Source: Cyanidioschyzon merolae (taxonomy: Eukaryota). From it: a stretch of DNA of 64,000 nt. Both the position numbers and the translations under genes were made by a program. The notes beneath the pieces were generated by a model, which worked only from the letters and a program-made list of their open reading frames with translations, was not told the DNA's origin and ran no database searches. Below, piece after piece: positions 31,955 to 41,429 of the stretch (the stretch's first letter is position 1; each line of letters opens with the position of its first letter). The stretch lies in NCBI GenBank assembly GCA_000091205.1, contig AP006500.2; one strand, 5' to 3'.

Positions 31955-34210
31955 CTAGTCACAGACACGAAACCGAGGCATCTCATCAATTCCGTAGCTT
32001 CGACGCAGCGATGTGAGGTAACTTGCCAAACACGGTGGTCTTTGGAAAGGAGTGAACGCGAACAGCGCCTGGTATTTGTCCCCCTGATCCACCTGCACAG
32101 CTTCACCTGTAACGCTCTGTTCATTCACGAACGGAAGCAGAAACATATCAAAGCAGGCAAGGTCCTCCTCGACGAGTAGCCCTTTCGTCGGTGAGGAGGC
32201 CTCAGTTGTCGAAGCGCCGCTACCAAAGAGCCGCTCTGCGAGCTCCACTGCGCCCATGTCGGTTGCGGATAGACCACTCTGAACGAGCGACATCGCATCC
32301 AGGGGATCTGGTGTGCCTCCGTCATGACACCGCAGCCGCTGGACGTAGACACGAGCGCGCCCGCGTTGGCGTCCCGGATCAATGGTCAGTTTCAGGGAGT
32401 CGTGATCACGCTGTAGAGCATCGTGCCAGTGGGCAGCTGTGTGCGCCAAAATCTGCTGAAAGAGCCCCATGACAGCGCTGAATGCTTCTCGTGCCCAGTG
32501 CGTGTTCCCAAACACATACTGTTCCATTTCGGAAAGCGGTACGAACTCAAACCCGAAACATTCCCGCGTGTTGTGGTAGGTCACAAACGCACCAACCATG
32601 CGGCCTACGCGAAGCTGGAAACAGTACTTGATGAATACCGAGCGAATCATATCGTAAAATTCTCGCTCATAAGAGTACATCGGTCCACGCAAGTGCGTGA
32701 TACGGTACTCCAAGTAGTCCCGGTAGTTGTCGAGATCCCAGCGAATCGGTGCAGCGGCTCGCGTTTTCAAGTCAAACGGCTCATCGGTGCGCGGGTGTCG
32801 GCAATCAATCTGCGCTCGCAGGACAAAGTCCCCGCAGCGGCTGTAGTTGAAAGCCTGGTCCGGCATCGGCGAGATCGCTTCGTCCGTCAAAAGCTGGGCC
32901 TGGGGACGCAGAAACTTGCGACAGAATGCACCGGGTTCCATGGTCAGCATGCGCTCCATCGAATGTCCCAGATCCATGAGGATGCTTTCGCGGTTCACGA
33001 TGCCTTTGCATGCGTCAATCGCGATCATACCGTCGAGCGGTTGGAGAAGAACGCTCACCGGTTTGTGGGCATGCCTGGTAAAATGTCGAGGCTGCCGCTG
33101 GAAGAATTCGCTGAGACCCTCTAAAGTGGTCCCCCGAAAGCTGCTCACCAAGTGATAGAGCGCCGTCAGCACGCCCGTGATCGAGGACGTTGAGGCGAGG
33201 TACGAGGCACCTTCGAGGCGCGCCACCTCGCGAAGTGCATCATCACGCGAAGCAGGTACATAGGGTGGGATGTTCTCCCAGGCGATTTCCGCCGGCTGTC
33301 GAATAAGTCGCAGGTAGGGATCAAAGTTGTAGCGCTGGGTCTCTGGGCACAGCAGCGGATGAACGCCCCCGTCTTCGACCACTCGGGAGAGGTCGTGCGC
33401 GAGGGTCGGCACACTCACATTCGGCAAACGTGCATTCGACGCTGGCGTGAGGGCAAAGCTGTTGTGCGGAGGCAGTAGCAGCTTCCACTGCCTGTCGGAG
33501 GCGATCAGCTCGGGGGGAGCGTTGCGCCACAACCGTTCCAACTCCCGCGCCGCCTGTCGCTCTGCCGCCTCGAGCGTTGTCGGCAAACGAGCCAGCGTCT
33601 CCGAGCGCCTTCGCTCTGAAAACGGAACCGGTACTGGACGCGTGCGATAGACGTAGCCTTTCGGGGGTCCCGGTGTCAGGGCACTCGACAGTAACGCTGT
33701 CGCCGGGTCGTTTCGCGTGCCTGTTGCCACGGGTGTCGGCTTGCGCTGCGCGGCCGGTACCTCCACGGCGACTTGTGGTGTCGACTGGGCCGCTACCGCC
33801 ACTTGCGTTGCAGCAACAGCGGTAGGCACTTCCGACAGCACGCGCTCTAAAAGCTTTTCAGCAGCGGAACCTACTTCTGCCGCAGGTAGCAAGTCGAGCG
33901 CTGCCGCAGCGCGATCGAAACGGTTCGAGACGGATCGTCGCACGGGATTTCTTGGCCAGCGCTTGCTATGTATCAGTCGCCTGTGATCATTAGCCCAACG
34001 AACACAAGTTGCCGTCGTCATCGCCACAGCTCCTGGAAAGCAGGCGGTGTAGAGCCCGCGCGATGGAGCACAGGATGCCGAGGTCCGTTCTTCGAGCGCC
34101 GAGGCGCCTCCTGTGTGCCGAGCTCCCGCGTTTCCCAGTGTGTCGAGGCGAAGTACTCGCCCTGAACGTGTAGCATGCTTGCTCGCGAAGCCTCGCAAAC
34201 AACCTAGCAT
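31955..34210 (-). CDS. Large conserved hypothetical protein, tentatively a Pet127-like PD-(D/E)XK protein. Start is the first ATG; the ORF track starts at TTG 34366.
   Basis: Single ~750-800 aa ORF, similar in size to yeast Pet127. Candidate PD-(D/E)XK core GDFVLRAQIDCRH...DEPFDLKTR. The assignment is from memory of the family only. Confidence 0.35.
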   Translation of the reverse strand: MLGCLRGFASKHATRSGRVLRLDTLGNAGARHTGGASALEERTSASCAPSRGLYTACFPGAVAMTTATCVRWANDHRRLIHSKRWPRNPVRRSVSNRFDRAAAALDLLPAAEVGSAAEKLLERVLSEVPTAVAATQVAVAAQSTPQVAVEVPAAQRKPTPVATGTRNDPATALLSSALTPGPPKGYVYRTRPVPVPFSERRRSETLARLPTTLEAAERQAARELERLWRNAPPELIASDRQWKLLLPPHNSFALTPASNARLPNVSVPTLAHDLSRVVEDGGVHPLLCPETQRYNFDPYLRLIRQPAEIAWENIPPYVPASRDDALREVARLEGASYLASTSSITGVLTALYHLVSSFRGTTLEGLSEFFQRQPRHFTRHAHKPVSVLLQPLDGMIAIDACKGIVNRESILMDLGHSMERMLTMEPGAFCRKFLRPQAQLLTDEAISPMPDQAFNYSRCGDFVLRAQIDCRHPRTDEPFDLKTRAAAPIRWDLDNYRDYLEYRITHLRGPMYSYEREFYDMIRSVFIKYCFQLRVGRMVGAFVTYHNTRECFGFEFVPLSEMEQYVFGNTHWAREAFSAVMGLFQQILAHTAAHWHDALQRDHDSLKLTIDPGRQRGRARVYVQRLRCHDGGTPDPLDAMSLVQSGLSATDMGAVELAERLFGSGASTTEASSPTKGLLVEEDLACFDMFLLPFVNEQSVTGEAVQVDQGDKYQALFAFTPFQRPPCLASYLTSLRRSYGIDEMPRFRVCD

Positions 34211-36855
34211 GACTGGAGCGCTCCCCCCGTCTCTACACGATGAGCCGCCACCAGCTGCCCAGCAGCGCTGGAAAAGCCCACGGGCGCACGTTGCGTTCCA
34301 GCGACGGCAGGCGGCTGCGGCGCGCCCGAGGCCAACCTGACAGGCGTCCAGTTCGCTGGTATCCAAAACTTGCTATCGAGAGGGTCTTCGTGTGCTCTGT
34401 GGCTTCGCTGTCCACAAATAAGAAGAGTCAGGGGCGTGGGACAAAAGGTTTCAGGGGTTGTTTGGAAAATTAGGGGCCTCACTGCAGATGCGCTGCTTGC
34501 ACGGTGCGCTGAGCGCTGCGGGCGAGCGCCCAACACTACTGCACTCGTTACGCAACCGAGACGCCGTTACTCGGTGAAACCGAGAACAAGTTCACTCGTT
34601 TGATTGTCCGTAGTGTTGGCGAGTTGTGACGCATCAGGTAGCTGTGTTCTTGTGGGGTTAGCAAAGGGCGAGTGGCTGCTTTTCTGGGACGAATGGGCAG
34701 ACCGGTGGTGTCTGTTTCCGGAGCGATGCTCGCTCTGTGACAGTGCGCGCTACTCACAGCGCGACGCTGACTGGCAGAACGTGCAGCAGCTGGGATACCT
34801 GTATACTATGGATTACAGTGTGTAGTTGGATAGGGCTTCCCGCCTTGATCCGCGCTGCTTTCTGACTAATGTCGGCGGCGTGCGCTGGAGCACGCTCTAC
34901 CGAATACAGATCAGACAGCAGCGAAGCTTCTCAATGCGTAGAGGCGCCTGTAACTTGAAGCGCGTTACATTCTCGAGCGCGGAGTAGGAACGGCGGTGTT
35001 GTCAGGTTTGAAGGAAAGCAAACTTTCGTTTTTCGTTTTTGGTGCTTGTGGCTGCTGTTGGAACAGAAAATGGAATGATCGTCGAGGACGATTTAACTCG
35101 GATGACGACTCCAAGCTTCATCCTTGCGTGCGACGCTCGGCCGCATACGAACCAAGGTGAGCGCGCAGTACCGGCCCGTGCTGAATCGCGTAGCCACGGT
35201 TGCAGCGCTTGATACGCTGACATTCGTCCAGCGACTTCAGAGGCATCACGGATGAAGCGCAGGCACCTGTTGACGGCTCTGCATGCGAGGCGATGGTCTC
35301 GGGACAAGGGCGGCTTTCTGGAGAATCTCGCAAGAGACATGATTCAAGCAGCAATGAGGAACCTCTGAGAAAGGCGTCCAGCGCCACGAACGTTGTTACT
35401 GATGAATCTGGGAGTTTGCGCACGGCTCGATACTCGTTGGCGGCCCTCTTTCTGTGGAACGTATAGAGGGCCGCTTCCAAAGCGTTCATTCGAAGCCAAG
35501 AACAAGTACGTGCAGGTTTCGCTACCGCCCGGAGCATATCGCTCACGATTTACGAGGAACGCGGTCGATAGATCACTGCATACAACGCGAGAGCATTCAA
35601 TACGAAAGGGCTGCTCCATTCAAATCCCCAAAGAGAACCAGGTAAACAAGCACTGTGCAGTTGCAGATCGGTTATTGACGCCTAGTGCAGGAATCGAACC
35701 AGGTCTGGGCAGGATGCTCTTGCGCAGCACATGAGCCGCTACACAATGCTCCCTGCGAAGCAACCGACTCTACCTCTTCGATATAGACGACGCGCAGTAG
35801 CAGGCATTATCTATGCATGGAGTCAGAATGCTCCTGATGGTCGGATACTGGGCATTCGAAGGCGCCAACCTGCGTCTATGTGGTGGCAGGCTGCTGACTT
35901 AGCCGCTACGCCTATCGTCGACCAGGATGCCGCCATGACGCTGTGTGGAAACGCATTTGCGCATGTAAACAAGTCAAGGCCACAGCGTTGTACAGGGCTA
36001 TGGTTCCCGAACCTGGTTCCAGCGAGTGCCAGAGCCAGAGCGTCCGGTAGCTTAGTATGCAGTGAGGAGGTTCTCGGGCGTTACGGTTATGGTCGCCACG
36101 AGGCCTCTGTGGTGTTTGCAGCGAGAGTCTGGGTATCGTGGACGACCACGTGCGCCCTGGCCGCTCATTATCCACTGATGGATAGCATACGGTGCCGACT
36201 TGGGAATGAATTGGTACCGGTCCAAGTACCGAACATTCGCGTGCAACCTAAAATTTGCGTCCCGTTCCCCTGCCTCCAGAAACCACCGACTGCTTACGAT
36301 GGAGTTGGACAGACATGAGAGACCGGCGTTTGCAAAGCTAGATATAGCTGGGAGGACAATAAACCAGTCGCAGAATAAGCTCGCAAACGCCGGCGTTGAT
36401 CGCAACCGGAACAGACGCAAAGTTTTGCGTGTACCCCCCGAGTAAACGAAGTGTTCCTGTTCCAACACACTCCTGCTGAAACGGGTTATAGGCCGTAGCC
36501 GACCTAGGATCGAACGCTGCGATCCCGTGCGCTCCAGGTCAAACGTAATACCCTCGCACGCGTACACAAGTTTGCGCTATGGCCTCGTAGTGTTTCGCTT
36601 CGTCTGCCTGCCTTCTTACTTGCTCGGGGGGTCTCGATGCTTGCCTAGCGGAAACCGTAGTCCTGCGGCAACGTTCGCCACTGACTGCATTCTTGTTGTT
36701 CCGTCTCTGGGCGCAGTTGTCTCTACGCCCCGGCGGTGACGCGCAAGCCTGGGCTCACCAGCACCGCTGGGCACTGTCCCTGCAACACGGGACAGCAAAC
36801 ACAGCACCAGAGGACGTGTGTGCCTGGCCGGCTCGCTGGATTCGCTCCGAACTCG

Positions 36856-38343
36856 ATGCAGCTACCCGAGACGCCGATGTGGCAGCAGGTGCTGCAGCGC
36901 GTCCTCACGGAGCTAGAAACCCTTCGAATCGTGCACACCTGCCGCTCTGCGAGCCTGTACGAAGACGATCGGATATGGACGCTGATTCCAGCCCACTTTC
37001 GTGAGCAGATCTCGGACAGTACCAGCGCTGTGTTGCAGCAAGAGGGCGCTGCGCTGGCGGACGCACTGCTAGTACCTTTCGTCCACACGCCCGAGTCTAC
37101 GACGTTTTTAGAACAGAAGGACGATCTCAAAACAACGCTGGAACTTGCTTACCAGCGCCTACCTCGAAGAAAAGCGCTACAAGTTCGGAAACTCGCGCCC
37201 CGCATGGGACAGCTTCTGGACCAGCTGGTATGTTTCGCGGATCACAACGAGGAGCATCTGCAGCTCGTGGAGGTAGGTTGCGGACGTGGTCTTGTTTCCC
37301 AGACCCTGAGCGTTGCACTTGGGGCGCAGCGAGGACGCCACTGCCTCGACATCCTCGGCATCGAACAGGATCCGCGTTTGTGCGCGCTGTTCCGCCGCCG
37401 TTGGGCGCGTGCGCCTCAGCAGGTCGAGGCAGCGCGCTGCGCCGTTCGACACGCACGTATCGAGTGTGCGGCGGATATTGCGCGGCATGCGTGTCTTGCA
37501 CGCGAACTTTGTGACAATGTCACGCATCGCAGCGTGATCCTGGCGCTGCACGGATGCGGTGCGTTATCTGCGTATGCGTTGCGCACGCTTGACTCGGAGC
37601 GGTGCACACTCCAGCCTGAAGCAGTGATCTGTATTGGTTGCTGTTATCATAAGCTCCGGTGTCGGGATGCAGTCGCGGAGTTGGTGCCGGATGAAGCAGC
37701 TTGTGTGGAGTTTCCGCTCTCTCGTTGGCTTTCGCAGCTGGAGGGGTTTACGTTCAGCGCGCTGGCCTATGGTGGCGATGCGCTGATGAATCGGAGTTCT
37801 TTGTATCTGGCTAGCACGGATGCAACGGCACTGCGCAATCCGAATGCGATGCATGCGCAGAAAATCCTTCGGCAGCATCACTATCGAGCGATGCTACAAG
37901 TGGTGCTGAGCAGCCTGGCTACCGCGGGGGATGCGGAGCTCAGGCGGCGCGCGCAGATGCTCCTCGAAGCCGAGCGGGACCCGCGCTGGGCGCTTCTACG
38001 TCGAATGGGTAAGCGTATTGACCAGTTCAACGATTTCGCGGCCTATGCGAGAGACGGCCTAGAGTGCCTGCAACTGCCTTTTGATCCAGAATTGGTGCAG
38101 GAGATTGCGGCGAAATACGATACGCCGCTGCATCGACATCGATGTTTCGTGTTTTGGACCTTGTGTGGCAGGTTGGCGCCCCTGCTCGAAGCACTTGTCC
38201 TACTAGATCGCGTTGTTTACGCCCAAGAGTGCGGGTATCATGCGTGGATTGAGGCGGCGTTTCCAGCAGAGGCGTCGCCCCGTAACAGGGCCATTATTGC
38301 GGTTCGTAGACAAGTCGCAGATCGATGTGCTCGCGCCGCATGA
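36856..38343 (+). CDS. Methyltransferase-like protein (Methyltransf_32 / METTL25-RRNAD1-like). Start is the first ATG; the ORF track starts at GTG 36736.
   Basis: SAM motif VEVGCGRGLVS followed by the family-typical LHGCGALS. 495 aa. Confidence 0.45.
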   Translation: MQLPETPMWQQVLQRVLTELETLRIVHTCRSASLYEDDRIWTLIPAHFREQISDSTSAVLQQEGAALADALLVPFVHTPESTTFLEQKDDLKTTLELAYQRLPRRKALQVRKLAPRMGQLLDQLVCFADHNEEHLQLVEVGCGRGLVSQTLSVALGAQRGRHCLDILGIEQDPRLCALFRRRWARAPQQVEAARCAVRHARIECAADIARHACLARELCDNVTHRSVILALHGCGALSAYALRTLDSERCTLQPEAVICIGCCYHKLRCRDAVAELVPDEAACVEFPLSRWLSQLEGFTFSALAYGGDALMNRSSLYLASTDATALRNPNAMHAQKILRQHHYRAMLQVVLSSLATAGDAELRRRAQMLLEAERDPRWALLRRMGKRIDQFNDFAAYARDGLECLQLPFDPELVQEIAAKYDTPLHRHRCFVFWTLCGRLAPLLEALVLLDRVVYAQECGYHAWIEAAFPAEASPRNRAIIAVRRQVADRCARAA

Positions 38344-38692
38344 TGCGCTGCAAAGGCGCGATCATGCAAAAGCGATCAACGCAAACGGCTTGTTCGCCGC
38401 TTTATACAGGGCATGCGTCACCGGGGCTAGGTTGTCGGCAACGTGGACGAACGCTTCGCAATGCAAACGCGGAAACGAACGCGATTGCAGCACGAGCGCT
38501 GGTGCATGTACAGCAATGTTACGTGTACTCGATGACGCACGGGTTTCGTCTCTTCTGGGTTCGCGGGGCCCAGGAGTTGCGCTCGGATTCTCCTGCAAGC
38601 ATCATATATCCGTTTCTAGTCACGTGCATCGTGCCGCATCATCCGTTCGGAGCTCAGAAAAGCAACCTGTGTCGAAGTATTGCCTCAAGCTT

Positions 38693-38727
<35 letters not shown>

Positions 38728-39130
38728 TGGCGTTGATAGCTGCAACCGCAACATGCGACGTACTCTGCGCGTTGCGGTTTCGCTGCAACTCTCCATGACC
38801 AAGATGACGCCAATGACGATACCGAACGAGGCGTCTTCGGTAACTTGAAAACCTAGGCATGGACCGAGTGGTGCAACTGCTTCCAGCCCATTCGCCTCTG
38901 CGGAGCGTATTCATGTCCTAAGCGCTTCACCACGAAAAAATGGATTCGCTGCGTGCAAACTTTCGTCTCGACCTTGAGCGGTTTCGCTGCGGCCGCTCGC
39001 GGAAGAATCGGTGCCTCTGGGGCAGCGCTTTGCGATTTGCGGCGCATTCCATTCGCTGCAGCTGGCATCTCGGAACGTGCAAGCAAGCCTAGGAATCGTA
39101 TCCTGTCCATCCGTCGCGCATGTCATCCGC

Positions 39131-40483
39131 TCAATTTCCAGGAAACAGCAAGGACCCGATAAGGCATGCTGAAAGCGGTACCGTTATATTATCATCACCA
39201 GGCGCGACAAGTTCCACCACAGCACAGCACACAGTAAGCATTGCAATGCGCGCTGCCGCAGCAGCGATCCCGATGTCGACGTATCCCCACGCGTGGAAAA
39301 TCGCGATGTACAGACACGATACTAGAAACGCGCTGACAATGAACACCGTGGTGCCGCCGATGGTTTTCTGCGAGCCACCACCCCGTGGTAGTGGCCATTT
39401 CGGTGTTCGCCATCGACGCCCAATGAGATCCGCCATCCCGTCCCCGACACACATTTGGATCAGGGCCAGGATCCCTACCGGTGACGGGCCGCGCCAGAAG
39501 AGAAACGTACATACCGTTGTCGCTAGGCAGTAGTAAAGCGGTCCTTTGAGCGCTTCACTTCGATCTCCTTGAACCACCATCGATGCATTTGCGGTCATGG
39601 ATTGCTCCGAGGCGCCGTCCTCATCGGCATGCTCTCGGATCCATTTCTGCATTGCTGCCTTCTGTCGCGCCAACGCATTCACCAGCGTGTCTTGACTTAG
39701 ACCCAGACCTGCCAACAGAAGCCTCACCGAGAGAATCGCAGGCACCATGGCTGCAATGCCCTGCGAGCTCCTCGCAGCCATGCTCAGAAACGTCGACCAC
39801 GACTGGAGGGAGACCCCCGCGGGAACCGCGCCAGCTGCGACGTGATTCTCGGCAAAGAGTGGCCACGACAGCATGAAGAGAGGCACACTGGTGATGTGAA
39901 CGATCTTACGAGAGAGTGTTGACTCAATGTATCCGTTTGTAGCGAGCCAGTCCCATATTTTCAGCCACGCGTACGAGCCGATCAGAGCGAATACGGCGGC
40001 TGCCAGGTCGCGTGTGACGAGCGCGTTGCCGTGCACAACTTGAAGACTCTCGCGCGCCACTGTGCTTCCTGAAGCGTAGCAAGGCGCAGATAACGTCCCG
40101 ACCAGTGCAGCGCCCAACGTTTCCAGGTACTGCCGCCAACGCGAAGCGTCCCTGCTGGCGAATACCCCCACAGACGGTAAACGACGCTGCCAGACGCTGC
40201 CTTTGACCTCGAGTTCGTGAGCGTGCCATCCAGTGAACCTAGAACGCGTTTCGTTATCCTGTCCGCCTCTGGTGCAGTGACGTTGTGCATTGCGCGGCAC
40301 TTGGCCTCGGTTATCGGGCTGAAAGCAGCACGAGCCCCAGCATCGTCTACGCCAGACTGCTATCGTTTGCGTTGCATTCGTCGGGTGCTGCGCAACATCC
40401 AGGTAGCGCCGAAGTGTACCAAGCGCCGGCCAAACGAAGCAGACACTGTCACCAGGACGTGCCCTACGGTGCACGAGCCGCAT
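39131..40483 (-). CDS. CTP-dependent polyprenol kinase-like membrane protein (phytol kinase VTE5 / dolichol kinase / CDS family).
   Basis: ATG start. Multi-TM protein. SRKIVHITSVPLF matches the RKxxH motif. The C-terminal CVGDGMADLIGRRWRTPKWP matches the cytidylyltransferase-family D..A..GR..G motif. An N-terminal ~110 aa extension could be a transit peptide. Confidence 0.5.
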   Translation of the reverse strand: MRLVHRRARPGDSVCFVWPALGTLRRYLDVAQHPTNATQTIAVWRRRCWGSCCFQPDNRGQVPRNAQRHCTRGGQDNETRSRFTGWHAHELEVKGSVWQRRLPSVGVFASRDASRWRQYLETLGAALVGTLSAPCYASGSTVARESLQVVHGNALVTRDLAAAVFALIGSYAWLKIWDWLATNGYIESTLSRKIVHITSVPLFMLSWPLFAENHVAAGAVPAGVSLQSWSTFLSMAARSSQGIAAMVPAILSVRLLLAGLGLSQDTLVNALARQKAAMQKWIREHADEDGASEQSMTANASMVVQGDRSEALKGPLYYCLATTVCTFLFWRGPSPVGILALIQMCVGDGMADLIGRRWRTPKWPLPRGGGSQKTIGGTTVFIVSAFLVSCLYIAIFHAWGYVDIGIAAAAARIAMLTVCCAVVELVAPGDDNITVPLSACLIGSLLFPGN

Positions 40484-40599
40484 CCACTACAGCCTGCTCG
40501 GAAGCTCCCGGCTGGCTACCCGAGAATGGACGTCTCGAAAGAACGAACGTCGCCTTGGCCGCAGATCGGCGCGTCGTCGCCTGCCGAAGGCCGCAGCCG

Positions 40600-40690
40600 A
40601 ACGCCCTATATTGGTAGTGGGTAGTATTGGTAGTACATAGGATTGGTAGTAGGATCGGTATCAGTAATGATGGTTTTCGTGGTTGTGATA
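40600..40690. repeat. Imperfect 9-bp minisatellite (ttggtagta)n.
   Basis: tattggtagtgggtagtattggtagtacataggattggtagtaggatcggta. Confidence 0.6.
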
Positions 40691-40772
40691 ATGCCTCCTG
40701 TGGCGAAGCGAGCGCCAACAGTGGGCGCAGTGAACGGAGCGCACAGCATCGATCTAGATATCGCTTTTAAGG

Positions 40773-41215
40773 GAACGAAACCTACTCAAGCGTTATGATC
40801 CACAAACGTCTATCTGAACGAACGGAGATCCGTTTCGCTTTATCGGGTAGCAATGATTCATCCGGGATAGAGTCTGTTTGGGCTTGTCGAATGTACATCG
40901 TGAAAATTCGCTCTGCTGGAGTCTCTATTCTATAGAGAACGAAACCTACGCAAGCGTTATGATACACAAACGTCTATCTGAACGAACGGAGATCCGTTTC
41001 GCTTTATCTGGTAGCAATGATTCATCCGGGATAGAGTCTGTTTGGGCTTGTCGAATGTACATCGTGAAAATTCGCTCTGCTGGAATCTCTATTTTATAGA
41101 GAACGAAACCTACTGAAGCGTTATGATACACAAACGTCTATCTGAACGAATGGAGATCCGTTTCGCTTTATCGGGTAGCAATGATTCATCCAGGGTAGAG
41201 TCTGTTCATACGCAT
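40773..41215. repeat. 165-bp satellite, 2.7 tandem copies.
   Basis: Copies at 40773-40937, 40938-41102 and 41103-~41215 (partial) differ by a few substitutions. The ORF-track peptides at 40782..40967 and 40946..41131 are near-identical. Confidence 0.88.
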
Positions 41216-41429
41216 TCATCGTACATCCTGGGGAAATTCTAGCCAAGCAGCCAAAACGAAGTACGAGTAGCACCGCACTGCTGCTGGCAGACGCGGGAAA
41301 CATGCGCTGGGGGTACGTGGCGCGCACGCCTCGCGCTTCCATCCATAGCGCTTTCCAGGCGAAACAGTGACACCTGGAAAGAGGCGATTTCCCGGAAACC
41401 TCGTGATTCAGCCTGGAACGATTTCCGAT

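Noticed and set aside
32423-33124. 233-aa + strand ORF.
   Set aside because: Antisense to the 750-aa Pet127-like CDS.
35681-35760. tRNA-like segment on the minus strand containing GGTTCGATTCC (T-loop consensus) and an acceptor-like GCAGGGA/TTCCTGC pairing.
   Set aside because: The T stem cannot be closed (cctgg vs cctgc, two mismatches) and no consistent anticodon arm folds. At most a degenerate tRNA relic or SINE-like fragment.
36461-36540. ggatcgaacgctgcgatcc, a tRNA T-arm-like motif.
   Set aside because: The loop sequence is not T-psi-C-like and no cloverleaf could be built on either strand.
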